Positions 36,732 through 47,091 are shown, counted from the stretch's first letter. The stretch is 64,000 bases of DNA from an uncultured Candidatus Saccharibacteria bacterium (GCA_965230995.1 OZ246398.1:528213-592212), one strand, 5' to 3'. A program made the numbers and translations. Notes: a model not told the origin generated them from the sequence alone.

Positions 36732-37946
36732 ATGTATCAGCCAGAAAAAGAAATACTCGAAAAATACGCTCGGGTGATGGTACGTTATGCTCTCGGCAAA
36801 GGAAAAGGAATTAAAAAAGGCGATACTGTCAGGGTAATTGCAGGCGAAAGCGCAAAACCACTTTTTGTCGAGGTTATAAAAGAAATATACAGAGCAGGTG
36901 GAAATGTTATTTCTTCTTATTTGCCCGATGATGACGAAAAATACAATCTATCAAAGGATTTTTACGATATTGCAAACAAAAAACAAATAAATTTCTTTCC
37001 AGAAAAATATTTTAAAGGTCTAGTCGATTCAATTGACCATAGTATCTTTATCCTATCTGAAACAAACAAAAAATCTCTCGAAGGTGTTCCTCCTAAAAAA
37101 ATAATGCAAAGAGGAATTGCACAGAAGGCCTTCAGGGAAATGCTTGAAGAAAAAGAGAATCGAAAAAAATTTTCTTGGACACTTTGTATGTATGGAACCG
37201 AAGAAATGGCAAGGGAATCAAAGCAATCCTTAAAGAGCTATTGGAATGAAATAATAAAAGCATGTTATCTCGATGTAGATGATCCTGTTAAAAAATGGCA
37301 GGAAATACAAAAAAATACAGCCCAAACAATAAAAAAATTAAACAAGCTAAAAATCGAAAGTGTTCACATAAAAGGTGACGATACAGATTTGCATTTAAAA
37401 ATAGGAGAAAAAAGAAAATGGCTTGGTGGGTCTGGTGCCAATATACCAAGTTTTGAAATATTTATTTCTCCAGATTGGAGAGGTACAAATGGAAAGATAA
37501 GATTTACAGAACCGCTATATCGCTATGGCAATCTAATAGATGGAATTGAACTAGAATTCAAGGACGGCAAAGTAATAAATTCAAAAGCAAAAATCGGAGA
37601 AAAAGTTTTGAAGGAAATGATTGCCACAAAAGATGCAGACAAAGTCGGTGAATTTTCTCTGACTGATGGAAGGGTTTCTAGGATTACAAAGTTTATGGCA
37701 GAAACTCTTTTTGATGAAAACGTCGGAGGAAAATATGGGAATACGCACATTGCCTTAGGTAATGCATACAAAGACAGTTTAGACGGGGATCCATCTAAAC
37801 TGAAAAAGACCGATTGGGACAAACTCGGTTTCAATTCATCTGTTGTTCATACAGATATTGTATCTACTGCAAATAGGGTAGTTACAGCAAAACTAAAAAA
37901 CGGCAAAGAAATAATCCTATACAAAGACGGAAGTTTTGTAATATAG
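36732..37946 (+). CDS. Aminopeptidase, M29 (AmpS/aminopeptidase T) family
   Basis: Overall architecture and N-terminal YARVMVRYALG... GESAKPLFVEVIKEIYRAGG; weaker than a motif-level call. Confidence 0.55.
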   Translation: MYQPEKEILEKYARVMVRYALGKGKGIKKGDTVRVIAGESAKPLFVEVIKEIYRAGGNVISSYLPDDDEKYNLSKDFYDIANKKQINFFPEKYFKGLVDSIDHSIFILSETNKKSLEGVPPKKIMQRGIAQKAFREMLEEKENRKKFSWTLCMYGTEEMARESKQSLKSYWNEIIKACYLDVDDPVKKWQEIQKNTAQTIKKLNKLKIESVHIKGDDTDLHLKIGEKRKWLGGSGANIPSFEIFISPDWRGTNGKIRFTEPLYRYGNLIDGIELEFKDGKVINSKAKIGEKVLKEMIATKDADKVGEFSLTDGRVSRITKFMAETLFDENVGGKYGNTHIALGNAYKDSLDGDPSKLKKTDWDKLGFNSSVVHTDIVSTANRVVTAKLKNGKEIILYKDGSFVI

Positions 37947-37953
37947 ACACATC

Positions 37954-39765
37954 TTGAGTAAAAGCCATAAAAACGCTATATTTACAGCAATGAAATCACA
38001 AGAAATTCGCAATCGTTTTTTGAAGTTTTTTGAGGAAAATAAGCACGCCATAATTCCGTCGGCTTCTCTTATTCCAGAAAACGACCCATCTGTTTTGTTT
38101 AATACCGCAGGTATGCAACCGCTCGTGCCATATTTGCTTGGTCAAAAGCACCCGCTTGGAACGAGACTTGCTAATGTTCAAAAATGTGTTCGTACAGGAG
38201 ATATTGATGAAATCGGAGACAATACCCACGGTACTTTTTTTGAAATGATGGGAAACTGGTCTCTTGGAGATTATTTCAAAAAAGAAGCAATCAATTGGAG
38301 CTACGAACTTTTGACCGACAAGGAAAAGGGTTTTGGTCTTGATCCACAGAGACTCTATGTGACTTGTTTTGAAGGGGACGAAAACGCTCCAAAGGACATT
38401 GATTCTGAAAAAATCTGGAAGGAAATTTTTGATAAAAATGGTGTTACGGGCGAACGTATTTATTTTATGCCCGCAAAAAATAACTGGTGGAGTCCAGGAG
38501 ACAATGGCCCTTGCGGTCCAGATACAGAAATGTTTTATGATGTAACTGGAAAATTAACTGCCGGATTGACCAAAGAAGAATATTTGCATGCCGATGACAA
38601 ACAAGAAGTTGTTGAGATATGGAACGATGTCTTTATGGAGTACGAGAAAAAAGACGGCAAGGTCATAGGCAAGCTCGCAAAACAAAATGTTGATACAGGT
38701 TCAGGATTTGAACGTGTAGCTATGGTTTTGCAGGGTAAAAATAATATTTTTGATACAGATATTTTTGAGGGTGTAATGAATGTGACTAGAACCCTTGCCT
38801 CAAATGAAAAATCAGCAAGAATAATTGCCGACCATATGCGAACATCTGTGTTTATGATTGCAGATGGTGCAAAACCATCAAATACTGATCAAGGGTATAT
38901 TTTGAGACGCCTTCTTAGACGAGCCGTATTCAATACTGATGCAAAAAAACTTTCAGAGGATGAGGTTAGAAAAATAGTAAATGCAGTTCTTTCATATTAC
39001 GGAAATGTTTATGCGCAAATGGTTGCGGAAACAGAAAACATAATCAAGGTTATATCTGATGAAGCCGACAAATTTGCAAAAACCATAGAAAGAGGTCTAA
39101 AAGAATTTGAAAAACTTTCAGTTGGCAATATATCCGGCCACGATGCTTTTGTTTTGTTTACAAGCTACGGTTTTCCAATTGATATGACAATGGAGCTTGC
39201 AAAAGCAAAGAATATTTCTGTGCACAGAACTGGTTTTGATGAAGAATTCAAAAAACACCAAGATCTATCACGAGTAGGTGCCGAGAAAAAATTCAAAGGG
39301 GGTCTCGCTGGAACCGGTGAAATGGAGACAAAATACCATACAGCAACTCATCTATTAAATGCTTCACTTCGAGCAGTGCTTGGAAATCACATAATGCAAA
39401 AGGGAAGTAATATTACAGCAGAAAGATTGCGTTTTGACTTTGCACATCCAGAAAAAATGACAGATGAACAAAAGAAAAAAGTAGAAGATATGGTAAATGA
39501 TGCAATAAAATCAAATTATCCAGTATCTTGGACAGAAATGCCAATAGAAAAAGCTCGCGAGCTAGGAGCTATTGGTGTCTTTGGTGATAAATACGGAGAA
39601 GTTGTAAAAGTCTATTCTGTGGGCGACGAAAAGACAGGTGTGTTTTCAAGAGAACTTTGTGGTGGTCCACATGTAACAGAAACCGGCACTCTTGGCACGT
39701 TCAAAATTCAAAAAGAAGAAGCAGTTTCTGCAGGGGTTAGGCGCATCAAGGCGGTATTAGAATAA
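37954..39765 (+). CDS. alaS: Alanyl-tRNA synthetase, short form (catalytic + editing, no C-Ala domain)
   Basis: Class-II catalytic N-terminus (FLKFFEENKHAIIPSASLIPENDPSVLFNTAGM), editing HxxxH (HTATHLLNASL) and CGGPHV, then stop at 603 aa. Confidence 0.8.
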   Translation: MSKSHKNAIFTAMKSQEIRNRFLKFFEENKHAIIPSASLIPENDPSVLFNTAGMQPLVPYLLGQKHPLGTRLANVQKCVRTGDIDEIGDNTHGTFFEMMGNWSLGDYFKKEAINWSYELLTDKEKGFGLDPQRLYVTCFEGDENAPKDIDSEKIWKEIFDKNGVTGERIYFMPAKNNWWSPGDNGPCGPDTEMFYDVTGKLTAGLTKEEYLHADDKQEVVEIWNDVFMEYEKKDGKVIGKLAKQNVDTGSGFERVAMVLQGKNNIFDTDIFEGVMNVTRTLASNEKSARIIADHMRTSVFMIADGAKPSNTDQGYILRRLLRRAVFNTDAKKLSEDEVRKIVNAVLSYYGNVYAQMVAETENIIKVISDEADKFAKTIERGLKEFEKLSVGNISGHDAFVLFTSYGFPIDMTMELAKAKNISVHRTGFDEEFKKHQDLSRVGAEKKFKGGLAGTGEMETKYHTATHLLNASLRAVLGNHIMQKGSNITAERLRFDFAHPEKMTDEQKKKVEDMVNDAIKSNYPVSWTEMPIEKARELGAIGVFGDKYGEVVKVYSVGDEKTGVFSRELCGGPHVTETGTLGTFKIQKEEAVSAGVRRIKAVLE

Positions 39766-39809
39766 TATTCCTTTAATATTTTTTGTGTAGATGGTATAAT
39801 TTGTCTACA

Positions 39810-40985
39810 ATGTTTCTTTTCAAGTCAAAATTGAAAGAAAAAGCAGAGCTTGTTTTTGACGTGGGCAGTGGAAGCGTGGCTCTTGCTTTGGTGACTAAAA
39901 AAAATACAAATTCAAAACCAAAGGTTTTGTGGTATGAAATATTGGCAGTAAAGGAATCTCCGGCAGGCGATGAAAAAAGGGAATTAAAAAAGGTTTTCTT
40001 GATACTATCAAAAAAGTTTTTTCCTGAAATTAAAAAGTTTTCAGACTATAAAATAACAGATGCCCATATTATATTTTCTGCTCCTTGGTATGTATCCGAA
40101 GCACGGAAAATCAATATAGCTTATGGTTCTCCTAAAATTATTCTTGCCGAGGACATTGCAAAAGAACTCCAAAGAGTCGCAGACGATTTAGACGAAAGGA
40201 CAAAGAAAAAAACTTCCCTTGCACGACACATCTTTTCAAATGATGCCAGGGTTGTTGAAAAAGTAATTCTAAATACAGAAATAAACGGCTATCGAATAGA
40301 TGACCCAATTGGAAAAAGTGTCAAAGAATTATCAATGGACTTATTTCTGAGCGTCTCCCCAAAGGATTTGTGCGAATCATTATCCAGCATAATTTTGAAT
40401 GAAATTGTGAGATGTAATATCTCAATTCATTCCTTTCCAATGGCACACGCAACTGTTTTGTCTTTGGGCGATGAACACAATGACACGATTCTTATAGATA
40501 TGTCTGGAACGACAACAGATATCACAAAAGTTTCTAACGGTTCAATTACAGATTCCGTCCATTTGCCGATGGGAAAGCGAGATTTAATCAGAACTCTCTC
40601 CAAAGAAATGTCTGTTGATACATTTTTGGCAGAAAGCCTCCTTAGGCTTTACTCTTCTAGCACTTTATCGAATAGAGAAATGGCTGATATTGATTTTATT
40701 CTCAAAGACACAGAGTTACTGTGGAAAAAATTAGTCCTAGAAACTATCCAAAAGATGCAAACAAATGGATATAGATGTTCATCTTATATTCTTTCTGCAG
40801 ACGATGATGTTGTAGTCCATTTAAATCATTCACTCGAAAGTATTCTCAAAAATGACAACAATGAATTACATTGTGCCACATCTGTAAAGACTATTTCAAA
40901 TTATACTGAACAGGTAGATTTTTCTCTCGTTCTAAAGAAAGACCCGTTTATTGCCCTAGAAGCGTTATACGTAACAAGTTATTAA
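39810..40985 (+). CDS. Actin-like (ASKHA) ATPase, FtsA/PilM-like
   Basis: Phosphate-1 LVFDVGSGSVALALV and phosphate-2 ILIDMSGTTTDITKV. Lacks a clear adenosine motif, so the family assignment is tentative. Confidence 0.4.
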   Translation: MFLFKSKLKEKAELVFDVGSGSVALALVTKKNTNSKPKVLWYEILAVKESPAGDEKRELKKVFLILSKKFFPEIKKFSDYKITDAHIIFSAPWYVSEARKINIAYGSPKIILAEDIAKELQRVADDLDERTKKKTSLARHIFSNDARVVEKVILNTEINGYRIDDPIGKSVKELSMDLFLSVSPKDLCESLSSIILNEIVRCNISIHSFPMAHATVLSLGDEHNDTILIDMSGTTTDITKVSNGSITDSVHLPMGKRDLIRTLSKEMSVDTFLAESLLRLYSSSTLSNREMADIDFILKDTELLWKKLVLETIQKMQTNGYRCSSYILSADDDVVVHLNHSLESILKNDNNELHCATSVKTISNYTEQVDFSLVLKKDPFIALEALYVTSY

Positions 40986-41030
40986 TTTGCGAAAAGATTT
41001 TTTTGATATTAAAATTGATTAGTAAAGCTT

Positions 41031-42362
41031 ATGACAAAAAAAGTTATTCAAGACGTAGTGCCACCAGGAGAAAAAAAGGGCATCAGAAACATTCCTGTTC
41101 CTGATAGGACGCTCCGTTCCAGATTCGTGTCTCGAGTCAAAGCAGATCATTCAAACGAGGATGAAGCCGAAGAAGAAACCTCTGACGATAATTTTGAACA
41201 TGGCAGGAAAGCTCCAAACGAAAGAGTATCAAAATCAAAGGCACCTCTAGTTCTGTCCCTCGTAATTATATTGCTTGTAATTGCATTTTTTGTTGCAAAT
41301 ATGTTTGGTAGTACGACTGTAAAGATAGTAAGACACAGCGTCATCGGGAACTATAGTAATGAATTAATTGTCATAGATTATGGTGGAGAAAATTCTGTTG
41401 CAAAACCCTTGTCTATAGATATAACCGCATCAGAAAAAGTTCAGGCAACCGAAGAAGAAACAATAAAGACCAAAGCCTCAGGAAAAATAATCATTTACAA
41501 TGATTTCAGTAGCGACTCTCAAAAACTCATAAAAAACACAAGATTCGAGGCTTCAAACAAAAAAATATACAGAATCAATGACTCAGTTGTTGTACCAGGC
41601 CAGAAAAAAGTAAATGGCAAAAATGTTCCAGGTAGCCTCGAGGTTACAGTCTATGCAGATGCCGAAGGAGAAGAATTCAACATAGAAATGTCTGATTTGA
41701 CCATTCCGGGTTTCAAGGGTACATCAAGATATAATGCGATCTATGCTAGAACCAAGACAGCAATCTCTGGTGGTTTTAACGGCACCATAAAAAAAGTTTC
41801 TTCTGAAATAGGTGCTTCCGCAAAGCTAAAAATGCAAAAGCAAATTGAAGAAAAAATGACTAACGAAATCAATTCTTCAATTCCAGAAAATTACATATTC
41901 TTTTTGCCTCTCGCAAAAATTACATATAGCGAATTACCACAAACTGAAGTTACAGCAGATTCTGTGACTTTGAACCTCAGAGCAAAAATAGATGTTCCAG
42001 TTTTCTCGAAAGAAGCCCTTGCAAGAACTCTCGCAAAAAAATATGTTGACCTGGAATTATCAAAAGACAACCCATTTGTTTTTGATGTAAATACTCTTGA
42101 ATATTCAACTCCATCAGTAGAGGAATCTTCTGGTAAAAAAACACTTTCTTTCAAGACAAATGGCAGTGTCAGAATAATGTGGCCTGTCGACGAAGTTTTG
42201 CTCAAGGCAAAAATAGCTGGTTCAAAGAGAAATGATATAGCCGATATATTTTCTGAACATAAAACGATAAGCAAGGCAAAGGCCTATGTTAAGCCATTTT
42301 GGAAGTCTTCATTTAACAGTGACGTAAAAGAGATTAAAATTGAATTCGTAGATGAACTGTAG
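41031..42362 (+). CDS. Hypothetical bitopic membrane protein (acidic cytoplasmic tail, one TM, large extracytoplasmic domain)
   Basis: TM PLVLSLVIILLVIAFFVANMF; no motif. Confidence 0.35.
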   Translation: MTKKVIQDVVPPGEKKGIRNIPVPDRTLRSRFVSRVKADHSNEDEAEEETSDDNFEHGRKAPNERVSKSKAPLVLSLVIILLVIAFFVANMFGSTTVKIVRHSVIGNYSNELIVIDYGGENSVAKPLSIDITASEKVQATEEETIKTKASGKIIIYNDFSSDSQKLIKNTRFEASNKKIYRINDSVVVPGQKKVNGKNVPGSLEVTVYADAEGEEFNIEMSDLTIPGFKGTSRYNAIYARTKTAISGGFNGTIKKVSSEIGASAKLKMQKQIEEKMTNEINSSIPENYIFFLPLAKITYSELPQTEVTADSVTLNLRAKIDVPVFSKEALARTLAKKYVDLELSKDNPFVFDVNTLEYSTPSVEESSGKKTLSFKTNGSVRIMWPVDEVLLKAKIAGSKRNDIADIFSEHKTISKAKAYVKPFWKSSFNSDVKEIKIEFVDEL

Positions 42363-42433
42363 TGCAAAAATACAGTTGACTAAAAGCCTTAATATCTGCT
42401 ATTATATCACGCGCTTGCTATTTTAAATAATAA

Positions 42434-42649
42434 ATGAACGAAACAAAGGAAAAAGCAGTCGTCGCCACAGTTATCGAAGCTCTCCCAAACGCTATGTTTC
42501 GATGTGTAATCGAAAAGAGCGGAGAAGAGTTGCTCACATTCCTTTCAGGTAAAATGAGGTTGCATCGCATCCGAGTTTTGCTTGGAGACAAGGTAGAAGT
42601 TGAGCTAGATCCATATGGTGGCAAAGGACGAATTATTAGAAGGCTATAA
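42434..42649 (+). CDS. infA: Translation initiation factor IF-1
   Basis: S1-like fold sequence [54 protein letters not shown]. Confidence 0.85.
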   Translation: MNETKEKAVVATVIEALPNAMFRCVIEKSGEELLTFLSGKMRLHRIRVLLGDKVEVELDPYGGKGRIIRRL

Positions 42650-42654
42650 ACAAC

Positions 42655-42771
42655 ATGAAAGTTAAAGCATCAGTTAAAACAATCTGCCCAAAATGCAAGG
42701 TCGTGCGAAGAAAAGGGTATGTGTACGTCGTCTGCAAGGGGGACGCAAGACATAAGCAAAGACAAGGATAG
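42655..42771 (+). CDS. rpmJ: 50S ribosomal protein L36
   Basis: Not in the ORF track (38 aa): [38 protein letters not shown], zinc-ribbon CxxC...CxxxxH pattern. Confidence 0.8.
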   Translation: MKVKASVKTICPKCKVVRRKGYVYVVCKGDARHKQRQG

Positions 42772-42820
42772 GTCTTGATTTTTTTGTTATTTTTAGTATG
42801 CTATCTCGAATATATTAATT

Positions 42821-43201
42821 ATGAGAATTTTGGGAATCACATTGCCGGAAGAAAAGAGAATGGATATCGCGCTAACAGCGATTTATGGTATTGGTCGTCC
42901 TCGAGCTAAAAAAATATTAGACGAGGCAAAAGTAGAGCCTTCAAAGAGACCAAAAGATGTAACAGCTTCAGAGGAAAACGCCATCAGAGCACTTGTTGAA
43001 TCAATCAAGCTCGAAGGTGACCTCAAGAGAGAGATATCTCAGAACATAAAAAGATTAAAAGATATCAAAGCTTACCGAGGCATAAGACACATCAAAGGTT
43101 TGCCAGTAAGGGGCCAGAGAACAAAAACAAATTCCCGAACAAGAAGAGGAAATACCCGAAAGACTATGGGAACAGGACGAAAAATAGCTGATAAGAAATA
43201 G
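42821..43201 (+). CDS. rpsM: 30S ribosomal protein S13
   Basis: MRILGITLPEEKRMDIALTAIYGIGRPRAKKIL. Confidence 0.9.
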   Translation: MRILGITLPEEKRMDIALTAIYGIGRPRAKKILDEAKVEPSKRPKDVTASEENAIRALVESIKLEGDLKREISQNIKRLKDIKAYRGIRHIKGLPVRGQRTKTNSRTRRGNTRKTMGTGRKIADKK

Positions 43202-43210
43202 CAATAATAT

Positions 43211-43642
43211 ATGGGAAAAAAACGAATTGTAACAAATAAAGGAAACGGCTCTGGCGATGATCAGCCAAAGAAGCAATCTCTCTCTTCAAAAAAGAGAGTA
43301 GACGTTGGTGTTCTTGCTATTGAATCTACATACAACAACACAAAGGCTGTTCTTACTGATACAAAAGGAAATACACTTTCTTGGTCTTCATCTGGTGCTC
43401 TAGGATTTAAGGGTGCAAAAAAAGGAACACCATTTGCTGCTGCAAAAATCGGCGAAGTCCTTGCAGAAAAAGCAGAAGGTATGGGACTAAAAGATGTTCA
43501 TGTAATTATTAGAGGTGTGGGATCAGGTAGAGAGTCAGTGGTTCGAGGATTCATTTCCAAGGGCTTCAATATTATTTCTATGAAAGACACGACTCCAGTT
43601 CCACATAACGGCCCAAAGCCACCAAAGCCAAGACGAGTCTAA
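43211..43642 (+). CDS. rpsK: 30S ribosomal protein S11
   Basis: GVLAIESTYNNT... VHVIIRGVGSGRESVVRG... KDTTPVPHNGPKPPKPRRV. Confidence 0.9.
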   Translation: MGKKRIVTNKGNGSGDDQPKKQSLSSKKRVDVGVLAIESTYNNTKAVLTDTKGNTLSWSSSGALGFKGAKKGTPFAAAKIGEVLAEKAEGMGLKDVHVIIRGVGSGRESVVRGFISKGFNIISMKDTTPVPHNGPKPPKPRRV

Positions 43643-43666
43643 TCAGTATAATTCTTAAAAAACTTT

Positions 43667-44278
43667 ATGATCATCAAGGGAAAATACAGAATAGCGCGTC
43701 GATTGGGCGCTCCAATATTTGAAAAAACACAAACACAAAAGTTTGCTCTTTCTTCACAGCGAAAACTAAAAGCAAAAAAACAGGGTAAACCAAAGCAAAA
43801 GACAGACTACGGAATGCAGTTTAATGAAAAGCAAAAAGCTAGATTTACATACATTGTAAACGAAAGACAATTTAACAATTACGTTACAGAAGCCCTTGCA
43901 GAAAAAGGAAAATCTACTCAGATTCTTTTTGAAAAACTTGAACTACGACTCGATAACGTCATCGCTAGACTTGGTATTGCAAAGACAAGACTACATGCAA
44001 GACAAATCGTGAGCCATGGTCATATAAAAGTAAACGGCAGAAAAGTAGACGTCCCATCATATCACCTTAGAGTTGGAGACAAAATATCAATCAGACAGGG
44101 AAGCCTTTCAAAAGCACTTTTCGCGAATCTTACAGAAAGACTTGCTGAAACAAAATCCCCTTCATGGATTAAATTCAACGTCGAGAAAAACGAAGGAGAA
44201 GTTCTCGGAATGCCAAAGCTCGAAGGAGAAGAGCTTATGTTCAATCTCGGTGCAGTTATAGAGTTTTATAGCCGATAA
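43667..44278 (+). CDS. rpsD: 30S ribosomal protein S4
   Basis: N-terminal MIIKGKYRIARRLG, S4 RNA-binding domain (RLDNVIARLGIAKTRLHARQIVSHGHIKVNGRKVDVPSY). Confidence 0.9.
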   Translation: MIIKGKYRIARRLGAPIFEKTQTQKFALSSQRKLKAKKQGKPKQKTDYGMQFNEKQKARFTYIVNERQFNNYVTEALAEKGKSTQILFEKLELRLDNVIARLGIAKTRLHARQIVSHGHIKVNGRKVDVPSYHLRVGDKISIRQGSLSKALFANLTERLAETKSPSWIKFNVEKNEGEVLGMPKLEGEELMFNLGAVIEFYSR

Positions 44279-44305
44279 TAAATAATTAATAACAAATTAA
44301 AAGCT

Positions 44306-45265
44306 ATGCTAGATCATAAAATAGTTTTACCTTCGAAGCCAAAGGTTATCTCCGAGAAAGACTTCAAAGGAACATACGAGATTGACGGACTTTATCCGGG
44401 ATATGGACACACACTCGGAAACTCACTTCGAAGGATTATTCTTTCGTCGCTTGAGGGTTCTGCAATTACATCAGTAAAAATCGATGGTGTATCGCATGAA
44501 TTTTCTGTACTCGACGGTGTCAAAGAAGACGTTGTTACTTTGATACTTAATCTAAAGAAGGTTCGAATGAAGATTCTTACTGACGAACCTCAGACAATCG
44601 AAATAAAAGCAAAAGGTCCAACAGTTGTTACTGCTGGAGATATTATCGTTCCAGGTCAGGTAGAAATACTTAACCCAGAATTGGTAATTGCAAACGTAAC
44701 TGGAAAAGTTACATTGTCAATCGAAATGAGGGCAGAAAAAGGACTTGGATATATTTCAAAGGAAATTCTAGAAAAGAACAGAGTAGATATCGGTGAAATT
44801 ACTCTTGATGCAAGCTTTACTCCAATAAGAAGAGTGAACTACGAAGTCGAGAATATGCGAGTAGGAGATCGAACAGATTTCAACCGACTAAGATTTTTCC
44901 TCGAGACTGACGGAACTCTTTCTCCAAAAGAAGCTCTAGAAAAATCAATTCAGATAATGATAGGACAGCTAAAGGCTATCGTTGGTTTTGAAGAAGAAGC
45001 CCCTGTCGTATCAGAAGACAAAAAAGAAGAATCAGTAGACGAAGAATCAGAAGAAGTAGACACAGAAGTTTTGAAAACAAGAATAGAAAGCCTCGATCTT
45101 TCATCTAGAACTATGAATGCTTTAACAGGAGCAAACATAAGAACAGTTGGAGGACTTGCTAGAAAGAAAGAATCAGACATCCTTTCTATTGACGGCTTGG
45201 GAAATAAAGGACTCGAAGAAATAAAAGAAGTTTTGAAAAACCTTGGCGTTACACTCAAAGACTAA
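44306..45265 (+). CDS. rpoA: DNA-directed RNA polymerase subunit alpha
   Basis: N-terminal dimerisation domain (GYGHTLGNSLRRIILSS), acidic linker and C-terminal HhH domain (LDLSSRTMNALTGANIRTVGGL). Confidence 0.9.
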   Translation: MLDHKIVLPSKPKVISEKDFKGTYEIDGLYPGYGHTLGNSLRRIILSSLEGSAITSVKIDGVSHEFSVLDGVKEDVVTLILNLKKVRMKILTDEPQTIEIKAKGPTVVTAGDIIVPGQVEILNPELVIANVTGKVTLSIEMRAEKGLGYISKEILEKNRVDIGEITLDASFTPIRRVNYEVENMRVGDRTDFNRLRFFLETDGTLSPKEALEKSIQIMIGQLKAIVGFEEEAPVVSEDKKEESVDEESEEVDTEVLKTRIESLDLSSRTMNALTGANIRTVGGLARKKESDILSIDGLGNKGLEEIKEVLKNLGVTLKD

Positions 45266-45280
45266 TTTAACAACACAAAC

Positions 45281-45628
45281 ATGAATCATCACAATTCAGT
45301 ACGAAAATTCGGAAGGCCAATGGCACAGAGGAAAGCTCTCCTCAATTCTTTGGCGCGCTCTCTTGTTATCTACGGAAAAATCGAAACAAGCGAAGCCAAG
45401 GCAAAATCTCTTAGATCATTTGTTGAAAAAATGATTACAAGAGCAAAGTCATCTTCTTTGTCCGTAACGAGAGATATTGCGGTGATGGTCGGAGACGATG
45501 CAGAAAAAATTGTCAGAGAAAAAATAGCACCAAAATACAAAGAACGAAACGGTGGCTATACAAGAATTATTAAAATGCCTCAGACCAGAACAGATGCAAG
45601 CAAGCAGGCAATAATAGAATTTGTTTAG
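45281..45628 (+). CDS. rplQ: 50S ribosomal protein L17
   Basis: MNHHNSVRKFGRPMAQRKALLNSLARSLVIYGKIETSEAKAK. Confidence 0.9.
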   Translation: MNHHNSVRKFGRPMAQRKALLNSLARSLVIYGKIETSEAKAKSLRSFVEKMITRAKSSSLSVTRDIAVMVGDDAEKIVREKIAPKYKERNGGYTRIIKMPQTRTDASKQAIIEFV

Positions 45629-45667
45629 TTGCAAATTAAGACTCATTAAGGTAATCTACAGACGACA

Positions 45668-46021
45668 ATGAAAACCACCAAACATACAATTGATGCAAAG
45701 GGAAAGAAGCTCGGCAGAATTGCAACCGAGGCGGCTACTTACCTTATGGGAAAAAATGATGCTGACTTTGTTAGAAATAAAGTTATGGGTGCAGAAGTAC
45801 ACATCACAAATGCATCTCTTGCGGATATCTCAGAAAAGAAGCTTTCAGAAAAAATCTACAAACGATACTCTGGTTTTGCTAGTGGTCTAAAGAAGACTCC
45901 AATGAACAGAAAAATAGAAGAAAAAGGATATTCAGAAATATTCCGAATTGCTGTTAAGGGTATGCTTCCAAAAAATAGACTACAAGCAGAAATGTTAAAG
46001 AGATTAACAATATCAGAATAG
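45668..46021 (+). CDS. rplM: 50S ribosomal protein L13
   Basis: MKTTKHTIDAKGKKLGRIATEAATYLMGKN. Confidence 0.9.
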   Translation: MKTTKHTIDAKGKKLGRIATEAATYLMGKNDADFVRNKVMGAEVHITNASLADISEKKLSEKIYKRYSGFASGLKKTPMNRKIEEKGYSEIFRIAVKGMLPKNRLQAEMLKRLTISE

Positions 46022-46023
46022 TT

Positions 46024-46434
46024 ATGCCAACCAAGACAACAACAAAAAAATATATCGAAGCAGTCGGAAGACGAAAGACTTCTATTGCGCGTGTCAGAAT
46101 CACAGAAGCTTCAAAGAATACATTTTCAATAAATAACAGAGATGTAAAAGATTTCTTTCCAACAGAAGAACTTCAGCTCATTGCAACCGAAGCTATAACA
46201 AAAACAGAAGTTCCTTCAAAATTTGCAGTTTCAGTAATGGTAAAAGGTGGAGGTGTACACGGTCAGGCAGAGGCCATAAGACACGGAATTGGTAGAGCTC
46301 TAGCATCATATGATATAGAACTTCGAAAACCTCTAAAGAAAGCGGGTTTCCTAAAACGAGATCCTCGTTCAAAGGAAAGAAAGAAATTCGGACTCAAAGC
46401 TGCTCGAAAATCTCCACAGTGGAGCAAACGATAA
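46024..46434 (+). CDS. rpsI: 30S ribosomal protein S9
   Basis: C-terminal GFLKRDPRSKERKKFGLKAARKSPQWSKR. Confidence 0.9.
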   Translation: MPTKTTTKKYIEAVGRRKTSIARVRITEASKNTFSINNRDVKDFFPTEELQLIATEAITKTEVPSKFAVSVMVKGGGVHGQAEAIRHGIGRALASYDIELRKPLKKAGFLKRDPRSKERKKFGLKAARKSPQWSKR

Positions 46435-46445
46435 AAAAGCAGAGA

Positions 46446-46470
46446 CCCGCGAAGGCGGGTTTTTGTTTTG
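46446..46470 (+). terminator. Rho-independent terminator (ACCCGC-gaag-GCGGGT + TTTTTG)
   Basis: Read directly after the rpsI stop. Confidence 0.55.
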
Positions 46471-46521
46471 TTTTTTTATGATATAATCTCAAAAAATTAT
46501 CAGTTAATTATTTAATCAGTT

Positions 46522-47091
46522 ATGCCAGAAGAAGAAACAAAAAAAGAGGAAAAAGAAGAGTCAGATGATGTCGTTTATGATAACGACAATGATTCTGATC
46601 AATCTGACCAAATACAAAAAATAAAGAAACTGAAAAAAGAAATAGAGAGTGTAAAAAAGGAAAAGACAGATCTGCTTTTTGAATTACAAAAAGCAAAAGC
46701 TGACTTTATTAATATGCGAAAACGCGATGAAGACCATCTTCGTGATATGGTCAAATTCGCAGGAAGTAATATTATTTCTGATCTAATACCGGTATTAGAT
46801 AGTTTTGATATGGCCTTTTCAAATAAAGAAGCCTGGGAAAAAGCACCAAAGGATTGGAGAGTTGGCGTTGAATATATATTCAATCAATTACACTCAGTAC
46901 TTCAAAATAATGGAGTTACCGTAATAGACAAGATTGGTGTTGATTTTGACACCTCTCTACACGAAGCTGTTGAAAATGTAGAGGTAGAAAAGAAGGATGA
47001 CCATAAAATAATAGCTGTTATACAAAAAGGGTATAAGCTAGGCGATAGGTTGATACGTCCAGCAAAAGTCAAGGTAGGTATTTCAAAATAG
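46522..47091 (+). CDS. grpE: Nucleotide exchange factor GrpE
   Basis: Acidic N-terminus, coiled coil, FINMRKRDEDHLRDMVKFAG... LIPVLDSFDMAF. Confidence 0.85.
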   Translation: MPEEETKKEEKEESDDVVYDNDNDSDQSDQIQKIKKLKKEIESVKKEKTDLLFELQKAKADFINMRKRDEDHLRDMVKFAGSNIISDLIPVLDSFDMAFSNKEAWEKAPKDWRVGVEYIFNQLHSVLQNNGVTVIDKIGVDFDTSLHEAVENVEVEKKDDHKIIAVIQKGYKLGDRLIRPAKVKVGISK

